This document shows, in pieces, positions 36,566-45,548 of a DNA stretch of 64,000 bases (within the stretch, counting starts at the first letter, position 1; every line of letters begins with the position of its first letter). A program made the translations under genes and the position numbers. The notes under the pieces were generated by a model, which was not told the DNA's origin, did not search any database, and saw only the letters and a program-made list of their open reading frames with translations. Source of the DNA: Victivallales bacterium. Its GTDB lineage: Bacteria > Verrucomicrobiota > Lentisphaeria > Oligosphaerales > Oligosphaeraceae. The stretch is from positions 2,202 to 66,201 of the forward strand of contig JAFZAB010000167.1 of the NCBI GenBank assembly GCA_017548425.1, given 5' to 3'.

Positions 36566-36627
36566 GTAGCGATGGCCTCCCGCCGTCGGATGCGCGAATG
36601 ACGCCGACGGCGAGACGCCGTCGCTAC
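36566..36627 (-). other. GC-rich structured intergenic element with mutually exclusive hairpins
   Basis: GCCGTCGG (36582-89) can pair with CCGACGGC (36604-11). Alternatively CGACGGCG (36605-12) pairs with CGCCGTCG (36616-23). An outer stem is formed by GTAGCGA (36566-72) and TCGCTAC (36621-27). Confidence 0.5.
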
Positions 36628-36632
36628 ATAAT

Positions 36633-39600
36633 TTACTTCTGCTTTTGGGCTTTTTCCATCGCCTTAATCTGTTTCAATTCCTTCAAACCGCCGGAAAACA
36701 CCATATAGACGATCGGAATGAAGACCAACGTGACCAACGTGGAGGAACTGAGGCCGCCGATAACGGCACGCGCCAACGGTGCCGTCGATTCGCCGCCTTC
36801 GCCGAGAGCCAAGGCCATCGGAATCAGACCGAGAACCGTCGTCAGCGTCGTCATGAGAATGGGACGCAGACGGCGGCGCGCCGCCTCCAGAATCGCGTTG
36901 TAAATCGAAAGATTTTCCTGCCGCAACTGCTTGATTTCGTCAACCAGAATGATGGCATTGTTGACCACGATGCCGGCTAGCATGATACAGCCAATGGCCG
37001 ACTGCATGTTGATGGTCGTGTTCGTCACAAACAACATGATGAGAACGCCGATGGCGGCCAGCGGCACAGAGAACATGACGACGAACGGGTCTTTCAGCGA
37101 TTCATACTGGCAGGCCATGACCATGTAAACCAACACGATAGCCAACACGAACATCATCAACATGTCACGGAACGTCTTGACCTGGTCATCCCAGTTGCCG
37201 GACGGTCGGATGGAGAAGCCTTCAGGCCGCAGGATTTTGTCCAATTCGGGTTGCGCGACTTTGATGAGTTCGCCGATACTGGTATCCTTATTATCGAAGT
37301 TGCAGTACAGCGTCACAACACGCTCCTTGTCCTTGCGGTCGATGCGGACTGCCCCTTTGTGGGCATGCGTCTTGGTCACGTTGCGCAAGTTGATCAATTC
37401 GCCTTTGTCGTTGGAAACCAACAGGTCATGGATTTCGTCCAGACGACGGCGATCCGAATCCTTGATCTTCACGACGATTTTGTATTCATCGCCGCTTTCA
37501 CGATAGTTCGTGGAGGAAACGCCCGCCACTGATGTTTCCAGAAAATCGGCGATCGTGTTGACGTCCAGACCGAGCGTGGAAGCCTTCGTACGGTCGATGC
37601 CGAACAGCTGTTCAGGCGTTCCGGATTCACGGGAGATACGGACATCCGTCACGCCCGGAATGCCGAGCATGACTTCCTGGGCCTGCCGCGCCAATTCATC
37701 ACCCGTCTCCATATCATAACCGCGGATGTCGATTTCCAAACGCGAATCTGCGCCGCCGCCCATCATTCGGTTGAAGAAACCAAGAGATTTATCGACGCGG
37801 ATTTTCGCGCCTGGATAGCGTCCAGCCAACAACTTACGCAAATCCGTCGCGACTTCTTCACTGCTCCGTTTGCGGAATTTTGGCTTCACCAGATAAACGG
37901 TCATCGATGACGTATGCGCGGCGGATCCCATCCAGACGGAACCACCGATATTCGATTGCATTTTATCAAATTCGGGCACATTCTCCATGATAAAGGCTTC
38001 AACTTCCGCCGCCAGTTCGTTCGTGATGCCGACACGCGTTCCGACATCCAGATCGACACGAACGCGGATTTCGCTTTCATCCGTCTCCGGCATGATTTCC
38101 GAACCAATCAGCCGCCACAGTCCAAAGCAGATGACAACCAACGCTACGACGATGAACGAAACTCTCAGCCAATGGTGGAGGCAGTGAATCAAAAAGCTCT
38201 TGTACGCAACTGACAGCGAATCCAGAAAACGCCCGATTCCGTTATAAATTATACCATGCTTAACTTCTTTGATGCCAAGACGTTCCATACGACGGCGGGA
38301 GACTTCGCCTAACTGTGCCGTCAGCATAGGCACGAGTGTGATGGCTGTCATGTAACTACTCAGCAACGAGAAGCAAATGACGGACGCGAGTTCGGAGAAC
38401 ATGATGCCGACCATGCCTTCCACAAAGAACATCGGCAGGAAAATGACCAGTGTCGTCAGCGTGGAGGCCAGAATCGGCGTCGCCACTTCGCTCGTCCCTT
38501 TGTCCGCCGCCTCAAGATTTCCAAGATGCTCCTCGTCTCGTACTCGGTTGATGTTCTCCAACACGACGATGGAGTTGTCAACCAGCATGCCGACGCCGAG
38601 TGCCAGACCGCCTAACGTCATGATATTCAACGTGTAACCAGTGAAATAAATCAATGCGAACGTCGCGATGATGGAAATTGGGATGGATGTTCCGATGACG
38701 AACGTCGCCGCCCAGTTCCGCAGGAAGAACAGAATGACGATGACCGCCAGCAGACCGCCCTGCCACGCCGCATCGCCGACATTGCGGATGGAGTTATTGA
38801 TGAATTCAGCGTTCGTACGCAAAATCTGGATATTGATCTGCGGATACTCCTCGTTGATACGTTTCATCGCTTTTTCAACTCCCTCAACGACTTGCACGGT
38901 GTTGCGGTCCGACTGCTTGAACACCATGACGCGGATACCGTTTTTGCCGTTGATGTGGACGGATGTCGTCTCTTTCTCCCATGAGTCCTCCACGTCCGCG
39001 ATATCCTTAATGCGAATCGTCGAACCGTTTCGCACATCCACGACTGTCTCGCGGATTTCGTCAAGGCTTTCGTATTCGCCAGGCGTACGAAGCAGGACTT
39101 CATAATTTCCGGAATCAATCGTTCCAGCAGGAGCTGTCAAATTCTGCTTGTTCAAGACATTTAAGACAGTCTTCGTCGAAATCTTCAACGCCTTGATCTT
39201 TTCCGGATAGAGATTGACATGGATTTCGCGTTTGCGGCCGCCGAGAATGTTGACGTTGCCGACACCATCGACACGTTCCAGAATCGGTTCGATTTGGTCT
39301 TCGATGAAATCACGCAACTTCACAGGATCCAGATCGGACGCGCAGCCCAGCAACGCCACAGGAGCGGACGCCGCGTCGAACTTCATCAGTCGCGGACGAT
39401 CGACATCATCCGGCAAAGCGTTCACAATACGGTCGATACGGTCACGGACATCGTTTGTGGCGGCATCAATGTCCGTCCCCCATTCAAAGGAAACACGGAC
39501 GGTTGAGCGACCTTCCGATGAACTGGAGCGAATCTCCTTCACGCCTGGAACGGCACTGACGCCCTCTTCGATGGGGCGCGTCACAAGCTCTTCCACGTCT

Positions 39601-39773
39601 TCAGGGCTGGCGTCCTGATAGGTCGCGGAAACCGTCACGGCCGGAAACGTGATGTCCGGCATCATATCAACAGGTAGTTTCATCAACGCCACAAGCCCCA
39701 AGATAATGACAATCAAGGAGATCATGGTGACGAAAATCGGACGTCTTATTGAAAAACTGGCAATGGCTGACAT
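36633..39773 (-). CDS. RND efflux transporter, AcrB/HAE1-type inner-membrane pump
   Basis: 1046 aa with N-terminal [20 protein letters not shown] and the two-fold 6-TM plus large-loop architecture typical of the AcrB family. Confidence 0.9.
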   Translation of the reverse strand: MSAIASFSIRRPIFVTMISLIVIILGLVALMKLPVDMMPDITFPAVTVSATYQDASPEDVEELVTRPIEEGVSAVPGVKEIRSSSSEGRSTVRVSFEWGTDIDAATNDVRDRIDRIVNALPDDVDRPRLMKFDAASAPVALLGCASDLDPVKLRDFIEDQIEPILERVDGVGNVNILGGRKREIHVNLYPEKIKALKISTKTVLNVLNKQNLTAPAGTIDSGNYEVLLRTPGEYESLDEIRETVVDVRNGSTIRIKDIADVEDSWEKETTSVHINGKNGIRVMVFKQSDRNTVQVVEGVEKAMKRINEEYPQINIQILRTNAEFINNSIRNVGDAAWQGGLLAVIVILFFLRNWAATFVIGTSIPISIIATFALIYFTGYTLNIMTLGGLALGVGMLVDNSIVVLENINRVRDEEHLGNLEAADKGTSEVATPILASTLTTLVIFLPMFFVEGMVGIMFSELASVICFSLLSSYMTAITLVPMLTAQLGEVSRRRMERLGIKEVKHGIIYNGIGRFLDSLSVAYKSFLIHCLHHWLRVSFIVVALVVICFGLWRLIGSEIMPETDESEIRVRVDLDVGTRVGITNELAAEVEAFIMENVPEFDKMQSNIGGSVWMGSAAHTSSMTVYLVKPKFRKRSSEEVATDLRKLLAGRYPGAKIRVDKSLGFFNRMMGGGADSRLEIDIRGYDMETGDELARQAQEVMLGIPGVTDVRISRESGTPEQLFGIDRTKASTLGLDVNTIADFLETSVAGVSSTNYRESGDEYKIVVKIKDSDRRRLDEIHDLLVSNDKGELINLRNVTKTHAHKGAVRIDRKDKERVVTLYCNFDNKDTSIGELIKVAQPELDKILRPEGFSIRPSGNWDDQVKTFRDMLMMFVLAIVLVYMVMACQYESLKDPFVVMFSVPLAAIGVLIMLFVTNTTINMQSAIGCIMLAGIVVNNAIILVDEIKQLRQENLSIYNAILEAARRRLRPILMTTLTTVLGLIPMALALGEGGESTAPLARAVIGGLSSSTLVTLVFIPIVYMVFSGGLKELKQIKAMEKAQKQK

Positions 39774-39833
39774 GCTTATCTATCCTAAAACCAAACCATT
39801 ATTAACATGAGATTGCAGAACAGGCGGAATCTT

Positions 39834-41165
39834 TCAGTGACGCGGCAGACGGATCAACGTGTCTTCGCGAAGCAGGTGGTTGCCCATCGTCACGACTTTG
39901 CCACCGAAATACGACTCATCCTCTTCCTTCACAGGCTTCACTTCGATGATGTCCGCCGTCTTGAATCCTTCAATCACCGGCACGAAATGGACCTTCATAT
40001 CAGGCTCCGCGCCGACGGAAAAGAACACGCCAAGAATATCATTACGACGCACAACCGACGCACTTGGAACAAGATAGATGTCCTTATGGCGGTCGAATTC
40101 AATTTCGATCCGCACGAACATGCCGGGCTTCAGAAGGCCGTCTTTATTTTCGATTTCAACTTCCACACGGCCTTGGCGGGCGTTTTCGTCAATTTTTGGC
40201 GCGATGCGGATGATATGACCGCTAAAATATTTCTCCTTGGAGCCAGGCGCACCATTCGGATAGGCATCGACGAACACTTTCGCCAACTGCCCTTTCTGAA
40301 GACGCGCATAATCCTGCTCGACCGTCGAGACGATGGCGCGCATTTTGGACAAATCAACGACGCTGATGATCGGCGTGTTCACCGCCAGCATCGCGCCCGG
40401 ATCGACGAAACGGTCGGCCACGTAGCGGACTTTCGAACCGCCTTCCCACGCCGCCGCGATTTTCGTATAAGACAAACGCGCACGAGCGGCTTCCAACGCC
40501 GCTTTCTGCTTGACGACTTGGCTTTCCTTGATCGCCACATCCGTCTCGGCAATCGCGAGTTGCGTCTTCGCCAAATCAACTTTCGAACGCGCGATATCGA
40601 CTTCGGACACACGGACTTCATACGTCGCCTTCGCCGTATCCAATTCCGCCTGCGTGTTCAAATCGTCACGCCGCAGTTGCTCATGGCGCTCCAACTCCTT
40701 TTTGGCCAACGTCTGCTGCGCCAATGCGGACTTCACGCTTGATTCAGCGGACAAGATATTCGTCTTCGCGCTCATCACGCCCGCTTCCGACGATTTCACC
40801 TGCGCTTCGCAGACGACCAACGCGGCGGACTCTTCGTTCACGGACTGCTGCTGTTCGTCATCGTCCAGTTCAGCAACGGCATCGTTCAGCTTCACTTCAT
40901 CACCGATGTTGAAATTCAACGTCTTAAGACGGCCAGCCGTCTTCGGGGAGATGTTGAACAAGCTGTCCGCTTCAAGGGAGCCCGTGAAATTGCCGATGTC
41001 GGCCAACTCGCCTTTCACGACATCAGCTAACGCCACCGTCACAGGAGCCACGTTCTTCGCCTTCATCTCCTCTTTCGTCATCAATTTTTCCTTGACGCGA
41101 TAAGCGATCAAAGCACCAAGACCAATCAAAAACAAGATTCCGACAAACAACAGGAACTTTTTCAT
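39834..41165 (-). CDS. RND efflux periplasmic adaptor (membrane fusion protein, HlyD/AcrA family)
   Basis: N-terminal TM anchor, a long coiled-coil (AE..V..A....L.A), and lipoyl-like and beta-barrel segments. Lies 60 nt upstream of the pump gene. Confidence 0.85.
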   Translation of the reverse strand: MKKFLLFVGILFLIGLGALIAYRVKEKLMTKEEMKAKNVAPVTVALADVVKGELADIGNFTGSLEADSLFNISPKTAGRLKTLNFNIGDEVKLNDAVAELDDDEQQQSVNEESAALVVCEAQVKSSEAGVMSAKTNILSAESSVKSALAQQTLAKKELERHEQLRRDDLNTQAELDTAKATYEVRVSEVDIARSKVDLAKTQLAIAETDVAIKESQVVKQKAALEAARARLSYTKIAAAWEGGSKVRYVADRFVDPGAMLAVNTPIISVVDLSKMRAIVSTVEQDYARLQKGQLAKVFVDAYPNGAPGSKEKYFSGHIIRIAPKIDENARQGRVEVEIENKDGLLKPGMFVRIEIEFDRHKDIYLVPSASVVRRNDILGVFFSVGAEPDMKVHFVPVIEGFKTADIIEVKPVKEEDESYFGGKVVTMGNHLLREDTLIRLPRH

Positions 41166-41368
41166 AATCGACGAACTGCCACCCTTTTAATATATGTTAC
41201 TATTAATTTATTAACCTTTTGCACCTCACGTCGCGTTCACGACGATGATTCCATCTTGCCCGAACAGGCAAACCACGGAAAGGCGTTAATTAGTCAAACT
41301 AAATAATATGACCTGTTTTTGAACAATTTCAAGCCAACGTCAAAACATTTGTTTTACACTGCGCTTTT

Positions 41369-42541
41369 TCAAGACATTTTTTCACCCAAAAGGCGGAAAA
41401 GCGTCGGCTCAAAACCAAATTCCGCCATCAAGGCCTTCGCCTCCTGCAAGGCCGTCTGACGATGCTCTTCCGGCAAATCGCATTTGCTTCCACGAATCAG
41501 CAGATTTTTCGGCGTATGCGATAAATCCACGAATTCAAGAACTTGCGTTTTATATCCAACGGCCGTCAATAGATTCGCGCGAATCGCGTCCGTCGCCATC
41601 GCCGCAAACCGCTCCTGAATGATGCCGTAACGTGTCAGAATTGGAAACCGCCCATTCGTCATCTGCTTGTTCAACTCATGCTGGCAGGATGGCACGGAAA
41701 AAATATGCTTTGCGTTCCACGCGACGGCATTGTACAGGGCGTAATCCGTCGCCGTGTCGCAGGCATGCAACGACACGACAACATCCACACGACTATCTGG
41801 CTGAAACGCCGCAATATCGCCCACCACGAACGACAATCCGTCATAACCGTATTTTTTTGCCGCCTTGTCACAGTCCGCGATGACGTCCGCCTTCAAATCG
41901 ACGCCCGTCACGACCGCATGGATTTTCTTTACCTTATATAAATAATAATAAAGAATAAACGTCAAATATGATTTGCCACAACCGAAATCGACGACATGCA
42001 GTTCCTCGCCTTCGCCGATGCCACTGAGCGTGTCGTCCATCATCTCAAGAAAGCGGTTGATTTGCTTATACTTATCATAGCGAGACGGAACGACTTTTCC
42101 ATCTGGCGTGAAGATTCCCATATCGACCAGCGGCGGCACGACTTCCCCTTCGGGCAGGATGTAGTTCTTCACGCGGTTATGCTGTTCAGACGTAGCGGCG
42201 ACATTCTTGTTCGCCTTGCGGCTGAACATCGCCCTGCCCCGTTTCGCGACACGGAGATTGTATTCATACGATTCGCTCCACGCGTTCAGCTGGCGGTAGC
42301 CTTCCTCAAAACGCGACAAGACATATGGATACGTCTCTTCAGCAGTCAAATTCGACTGAAACGCCTGGCGGTTCACGATCCGTTCGGCTTGATAGCCGTT
42401 CGACAAACGGCGCAACGTCTCACGCATGCCGTCCGGCCCGCTCAGCACGAGCTTGAACGGATTGTCCGCCAATATCTGCTTCACATATTGCTGCAAATCG
42501 TTTTCCGAATCCATGCCGCTATATTCACAAGTCTTTGTCAA
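41369..42541 (-). CDS. Class I SAM-dependent methyltransferase
   Basis: Motif I VVDFGCGKSYLTF and post-I VTGVDL. The start is uncertain: TTG at 42541 overlaps the nadE stop, and ATG at 42514 is the alternative. Confidence 0.6.
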   Translation of the reverse strand: MTKTCEYSGMDSENDLQQYVKQILADNPFKLVLSGPDGMRETLRRLSNGYQAERIVNRQAFQSNLTAEETYPYVLSRFEEGYRQLNAWSESYEYNLRVAKRGRAMFSRKANKNVAATSEQHNRVKNYILPEGEVVPPLVDMGIFTPDGKVVPSRYDKYKQINRFLEMMDDTLSGIGEGEELHVVDFGCGKSYLTFILYYYLYKVKKIHAVVTGVDLKADVIADCDKAAKKYGYDGLSFVVGDIAAFQPDSRVDVVVSLHACDTATDYALYNAVAWNAKHIFSVPSCQHELNKQMTNGRFPILTRYGIIQERFAAMATDAIRANLLTAVGYKTQVLEFVDLSHTPKNLLIRGSKCDLPEEHRQTALQEAKALMAEFGFEPTLFRLLGEKMS

Positions 42542-44457
42542 TCATCCAATTCCTTCAACCACACGTTGAAAGACGCATCCGACGGCATCGCCAAACCGCC
42601 ACGCGGCGACAGGCTGATTTCCGTCGTTTTCACACCGTCGGGCATGCAGCTTCGCTTGAACTGCTGCGTGACAAAACGCCGCAGGAAGTTCTTCAGATAT
42701 CCCTTAAGTTGTTCCTTTTCAAACTCTTTGCCGAAAACCTGCTCCGCCAGAAACAAAATCTTCTTCGGCGACGCGCCATATTTGAAAAAATGATACAGGA
42801 AGAAATCATGGATTTCGTACGGTCCCAAGATGTCCTCCGTCTTCTGCTTGATCTTGCCCTGCTCGTCCGCCGGAAGCAGTTCGGGGCTGACAGGCGTGTC
42901 GATGATGTCCTGTAAAACCGCCTTCACCTTCGGTAGCTTTTCCGCGCCGACCCATGCGATGACGCTACGCATCAACGACTTCGGGATGGATCCGTTCACA
43001 CCATACTGCGAAATGTGATCGCCGTTGAACGTGCACCATCCCAATGCGATTTCAGACAAATCGCCTGTTCCGACGACCAGTCCATTATGCTTGTTCGCCA
43101 AATCCAACAGAATCTGCGTCCGTTCGCGAGCCTGCGCGTTTTCATAGACGACATTCCGGTCGTTCGGATCATGGCCGATATTCGCAAAGTGTTCCAAACA
43201 AGCATTTTTGATACTGATCTCCCGCAGTTCGACACCTAATTTTCTGCAAAGATTGCAGGCGTTTTCATACGTACGGTCGCTCGTGCCGAAGCCAGGCATC
43301 GTGATGGCCATCACGTCCGACGGCTTGCGTTTCAGCATTTTCATCGTCTCGACGGACACCAACAGCGCCAACGTCGAATCAAGACCGCCGGAAATGCCGA
43401 GCACAAGTTTCTGCGCGCGAGCATGTTCCACGCGTTTCGCCAATCCCGCCTTCTGGATTTCAAAGACTTCTTCACAGACCGCCGCGCGTTTTGCAGCGTC
43501 TTCCGGAATGAACGGTGAACGCGACAATGGACGGCGCAAGTCCTTCGCTTCCGGCCATTTGTCCAAATCATTGTTCCACCATGGCATCTCATCACGCGCC
43601 TCAAGGCTTGCCGCCGCTTCGCCAAAATCCGTATCCGCTACACGCAAGGCGGACAGCATCTCCACATCGATATCCGTCAGAATCAATTGCGAATTACGCT
43701 GGAACATCTTGTTTTCCGCCAAGATGACGCCATTCTCCGCGATAACAGCCTGACCGCCGCAGACCGTATCCGTCGTCGATTCTCCCACGCCTGCAGACAC
43801 ATACGCATACGCCGCCTTGCACCGTTCGCTTTGGACGCGAACCAAATCACGCGTCTTTTCTCGCGTACCGACATGATCCGTCTTCGCAGCTAAACAGACA
43901 ATCAGATTGGCCCCGTGCAAGGCTTTTTCCGAACTCGGCGGAATCGTCATCTCCAGTTCATCGCCGAATTCCACATCAAAACACAAGCCGGACACGCCTC
44001 TCCATCTATCAAAATCATACGCTCCCTTCGTGCTACAGAATTCCACGTCCTGTCCCGCATACGAAGCGCATGCTTTTTCGAGATACGGTCCTGCTGAAAA
44101 TACACGTCCTTTCTTTGTATTTGGAGCTATCCCTCGAATCCGCCCATTCTGCGCAACAACAGCGACATCAAACAGCCGATAATTCCAAACCATCGGCGTT
44201 CCGAACACGAACACAGGCCCTTTCGGAAGTTCTTTCAGCAGACGCACGACGCCGTTTTCCGCCGCCGTCAGCAACGCCTGACTGCGGAACAAATCGCCGC
44301 AACTGGCGGTTGTCACAGAGAGTTCCGGAAACACGACGACGCCCGCCTTCTCCTTCGCCGCCTGCTTCGCCAACGCCAGAATCTTGTCGCAGTTGTAATC
44401 GACATCCGCCACTTTGCATTCTGGCACGCACAACGCAATCCGCTGAAATCCGTACAT
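42538..44457 (-). CDS. nadE: Glutamine-dependent NAD+ synthetase (CN-hydrolase domain plus PP-loop synthetase domain)
   Basis: VVFPELS in the N-terminal nitrilase-like domain and GISGGLDSTLALLV (the SGGxDS PP-loop). Start placed at ATG 44457 (MYGFQRIALC). The 32-aa extension from ATG 44553 would read through hairpins and microsatellite DNA. Confidence 0.85.
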   Translation of the reverse strand: MYGFQRIALCVPECKVADVDYNCDKILALAKQAAKEKAGVVVFPELSVTTASCGDLFRSQALLTAAENGVVRLLKELPKGPVFVFGTPMVWNYRLFDVAVVAQNGRIRGIAPNTKKGRVFSAGPYLEKACASYAGQDVEFCSTKGAYDFDRWRGVSGLCFDVEFGDELEMTIPPSSEKALHGANLIVCLAAKTDHVGTREKTRDLVRVQSERCKAAYAYVSAGVGESTTDTVCGGQAVIAENGVILAENKMFQRNSQLILTDIDVEMLSALRVADTDFGEAAASLEARDEMPWWNNDLDKWPEAKDLRRPLSRSPFIPEDAAKRAAVCEEVFEIQKAGLAKRVEHARAQKLVLGISGGLDSTLALLVSVETMKMLKRKPSDVMAITMPGFGTSDRTYENACNLCRKLGVELREISIKNACLEHFANIGHDPNDRNVVYENAQARERTQILLDLANKHNGLVVGTGDLSEIALGWCTFNGDHISQYGVNGSIPKSLMRSVIAWVGAEKLPKVKAVLQDIIDTPVSPELLPADEQGKIKQKTEDILGPYEIHDFFLYHFFKYGASPKKILFLAEQVFGKEFEKEQLKGYLKNFLRRFVTQQFKRSCMPDGVKTTEISLSPRGGLAMPSDASFNVWLKELDD

Positions 44458-44488
44458 CGCCGTTTCCCTAAAAAGTTGTTTTTCATTA

Positions 44489-44538
44489 GGGGGGGACGCG
44501 CTCCTGCGCGTCCGGTCACGCAGGAGCGTGACCCTCCC
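44489..44538 (-). other. Twin perfect hairpins with complementary loops in the nadE 5' region
   Basis: GGACGCGC-tcct-GCGCGTCC (44494-44513) and GGTCACGC-agga-GCGTGACC (44514-44533), flanked by a G7 run and CCCTCCC. CGCTCCTGCG and CGCAGGAGCG are mutually complementary. Confidence 0.5.
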
Positions 44539-44542
44539 AGAT

Positions 44543-44570
44543 CCATAAGCCATAAGCCTTTAGCCATAGG
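44543..44570. repeat. Heptamer array CCATAAG CCATAAG CCTTTAG CCATAGG
   Basis: Read directly from the sequence; intergenic. Confidence 0.75.
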
Positions 44571-44571
44571 C

Positions 44572-44599
44572 GTTAATCATCGGCTCGCCGATGATTAAC
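44572..44599 (-). other. 13-bp perfect stem-loop spanning the stop codon of the isomerase-like gene
   Basis: GTTAATCATCGGC-tc-GCCGATGATTAAC. No U-tract follows on the minus strand. Confidence 0.5.
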
Positions 44600-45422
44600 T
44601 TAATGCATGGGCGACCGCCGCCACGGACTTCATCAATCCTGTACGGCAGGCTTCCAACGCGGGCATCGCCCAATAGTTGCGGTTGAACAATTCCAACGAC
44701 AGAATCGTGCCGCCGTTGCGATCGACCATCTGCAAAATCTTGTCCAGCGGGGCGATACCATCGCCGGGGAAGACGCGATCCGCATCTTTGATCGTCTCAC
44801 GCGGAGGATTCGAGGGGAAGTCGTTCAGATGCAGCACGGGAAGAGCCTGCTGGCTCAACAGCCGCATCGCCTCGTAGTTGCCGCCGCCTTTATATATATG
44901 GTAAACATCCAGCAAGACGGCTGCTTTCGGATGCGCGGCTGTCGCGGCGATTTTCAAAACCTCTTCAATCTTGCTCAAATTCGCGGAAAAGCCCCACAGC
45001 TCCAGAAGTGGTTGAACGCAAAATTCATCGCCAAGCTTCAAGACAGCTTCGTAACGTTCTTGAAAACGCGACAAATCAATTGGTTTATCGGTCGCGCCAA
45101 CAGGCGGGCAGGCCAGCCGTTTGCCGCCGAGCTCCGCCAACGCCTCCATGTCACGACGGACTTCATCCAGACCTGCGCGACGTTCCGCTTCGTCCTCCAC
45201 GGCCCATTTGCCAAAGCCAATGGCGCTTTCGACGGACAGTCCAAGATCTGCAACACATTCACGCAGAGGCTTCAACGAACCATTCGTCTTGCGGTATTCA
45301 TGGATTTCGCGCATCCACGGCTCGACTGAATCGAACCCCGCCTTCGATGCCGTCTTCAATTCATCCACCAGACTCAGCTTCTGACCGCTGATCGTTCCTG
45401 TATTGAGGCAATATCTGAACAT
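44595..45422 (-). CDS. Sugar phosphate isomerase/epimerase (xylose-isomerase-like TIM barrel)
   Basis: 275 aa. Pattern GFDSVEPW, LLELW, DVYH and VLHLNDFP is consistent with the AP-endonuclease-2/xylose-isomerase-like fold. Confidence 0.6.
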   Translation of the reverse strand: MFRYCLNTGTISGQKLSLVDELKTASKAGFDSVEPWMREIHEYRKTNGSLKPLRECVADLGLSVESAIGFGKWAVEDEAERRAGLDEVRRDMEALAELGGKRLACPPVGATDKPIDLSRFQERYEAVLKLGDEFCVQPLLELWGFSANLSKIEEVLKIAATAAHPKAAVLLDVYHIYKGGGNYEAMRLLSQQALPVLHLNDFPSNPPRETIKDADRVFPGDGIAPLDKILQMVDRNGGTILSLELFNRNYWAMPALEACRTGLMKSVAAVAHALS

Positions 45423-45502
45423 ATTCCACCTTTTTCTGATACAAGCGACAAAACGACAAAAGGGACATAAGCGACAACGATAGCAATCTTTATCAAGGCC
45501 TT

Positions 45503-45529
45503 GTCCCTTTAGTCCCTTTAGTCCCTTTA
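45503..45529. repeat. Nonamer array GTCCCTTTA x3 (plus a degenerate fourth copy)
   Basis: Read directly from the sequence. AAAGGGAC at 45459-45466 is complementary to each copy. Confidence 0.8.
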
Positions 45530-45548
45530 ATCCTTTTTATCTAACGTC

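Noticed and set aside
44421-44437. Sigma-54-like -24/-12 element TGGCACG-caca-ACGCA on the plus strand.
   Set aside because: It lies inside the nadE coding region, on the strand opposite all neighbouring genes. Its -12 box is ACGCA rather than TTGCA. It is most likely a chance match.
44489-44538. NAD+ riboswitch upstream of nadE.
   Set aside because: The perfect, unbulged 8-bp hairpins do not resemble the nadA-motif or pnuC-motif riboswitch architectures as I remember them. I kept this only as a generic structured-leader finding pending an Rfam scan.
44458-44553. Longer nadE reading frame starting at ATG 44553 (a 32-aa Arg-rich N-terminal extension).
   Set aside because: The extension would be encoded by the twin hairpins and the heptamer array. 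Glutamine-dependent NadE proteins begin close to the GF.R.A motif, which follows ATG 44457 directly.
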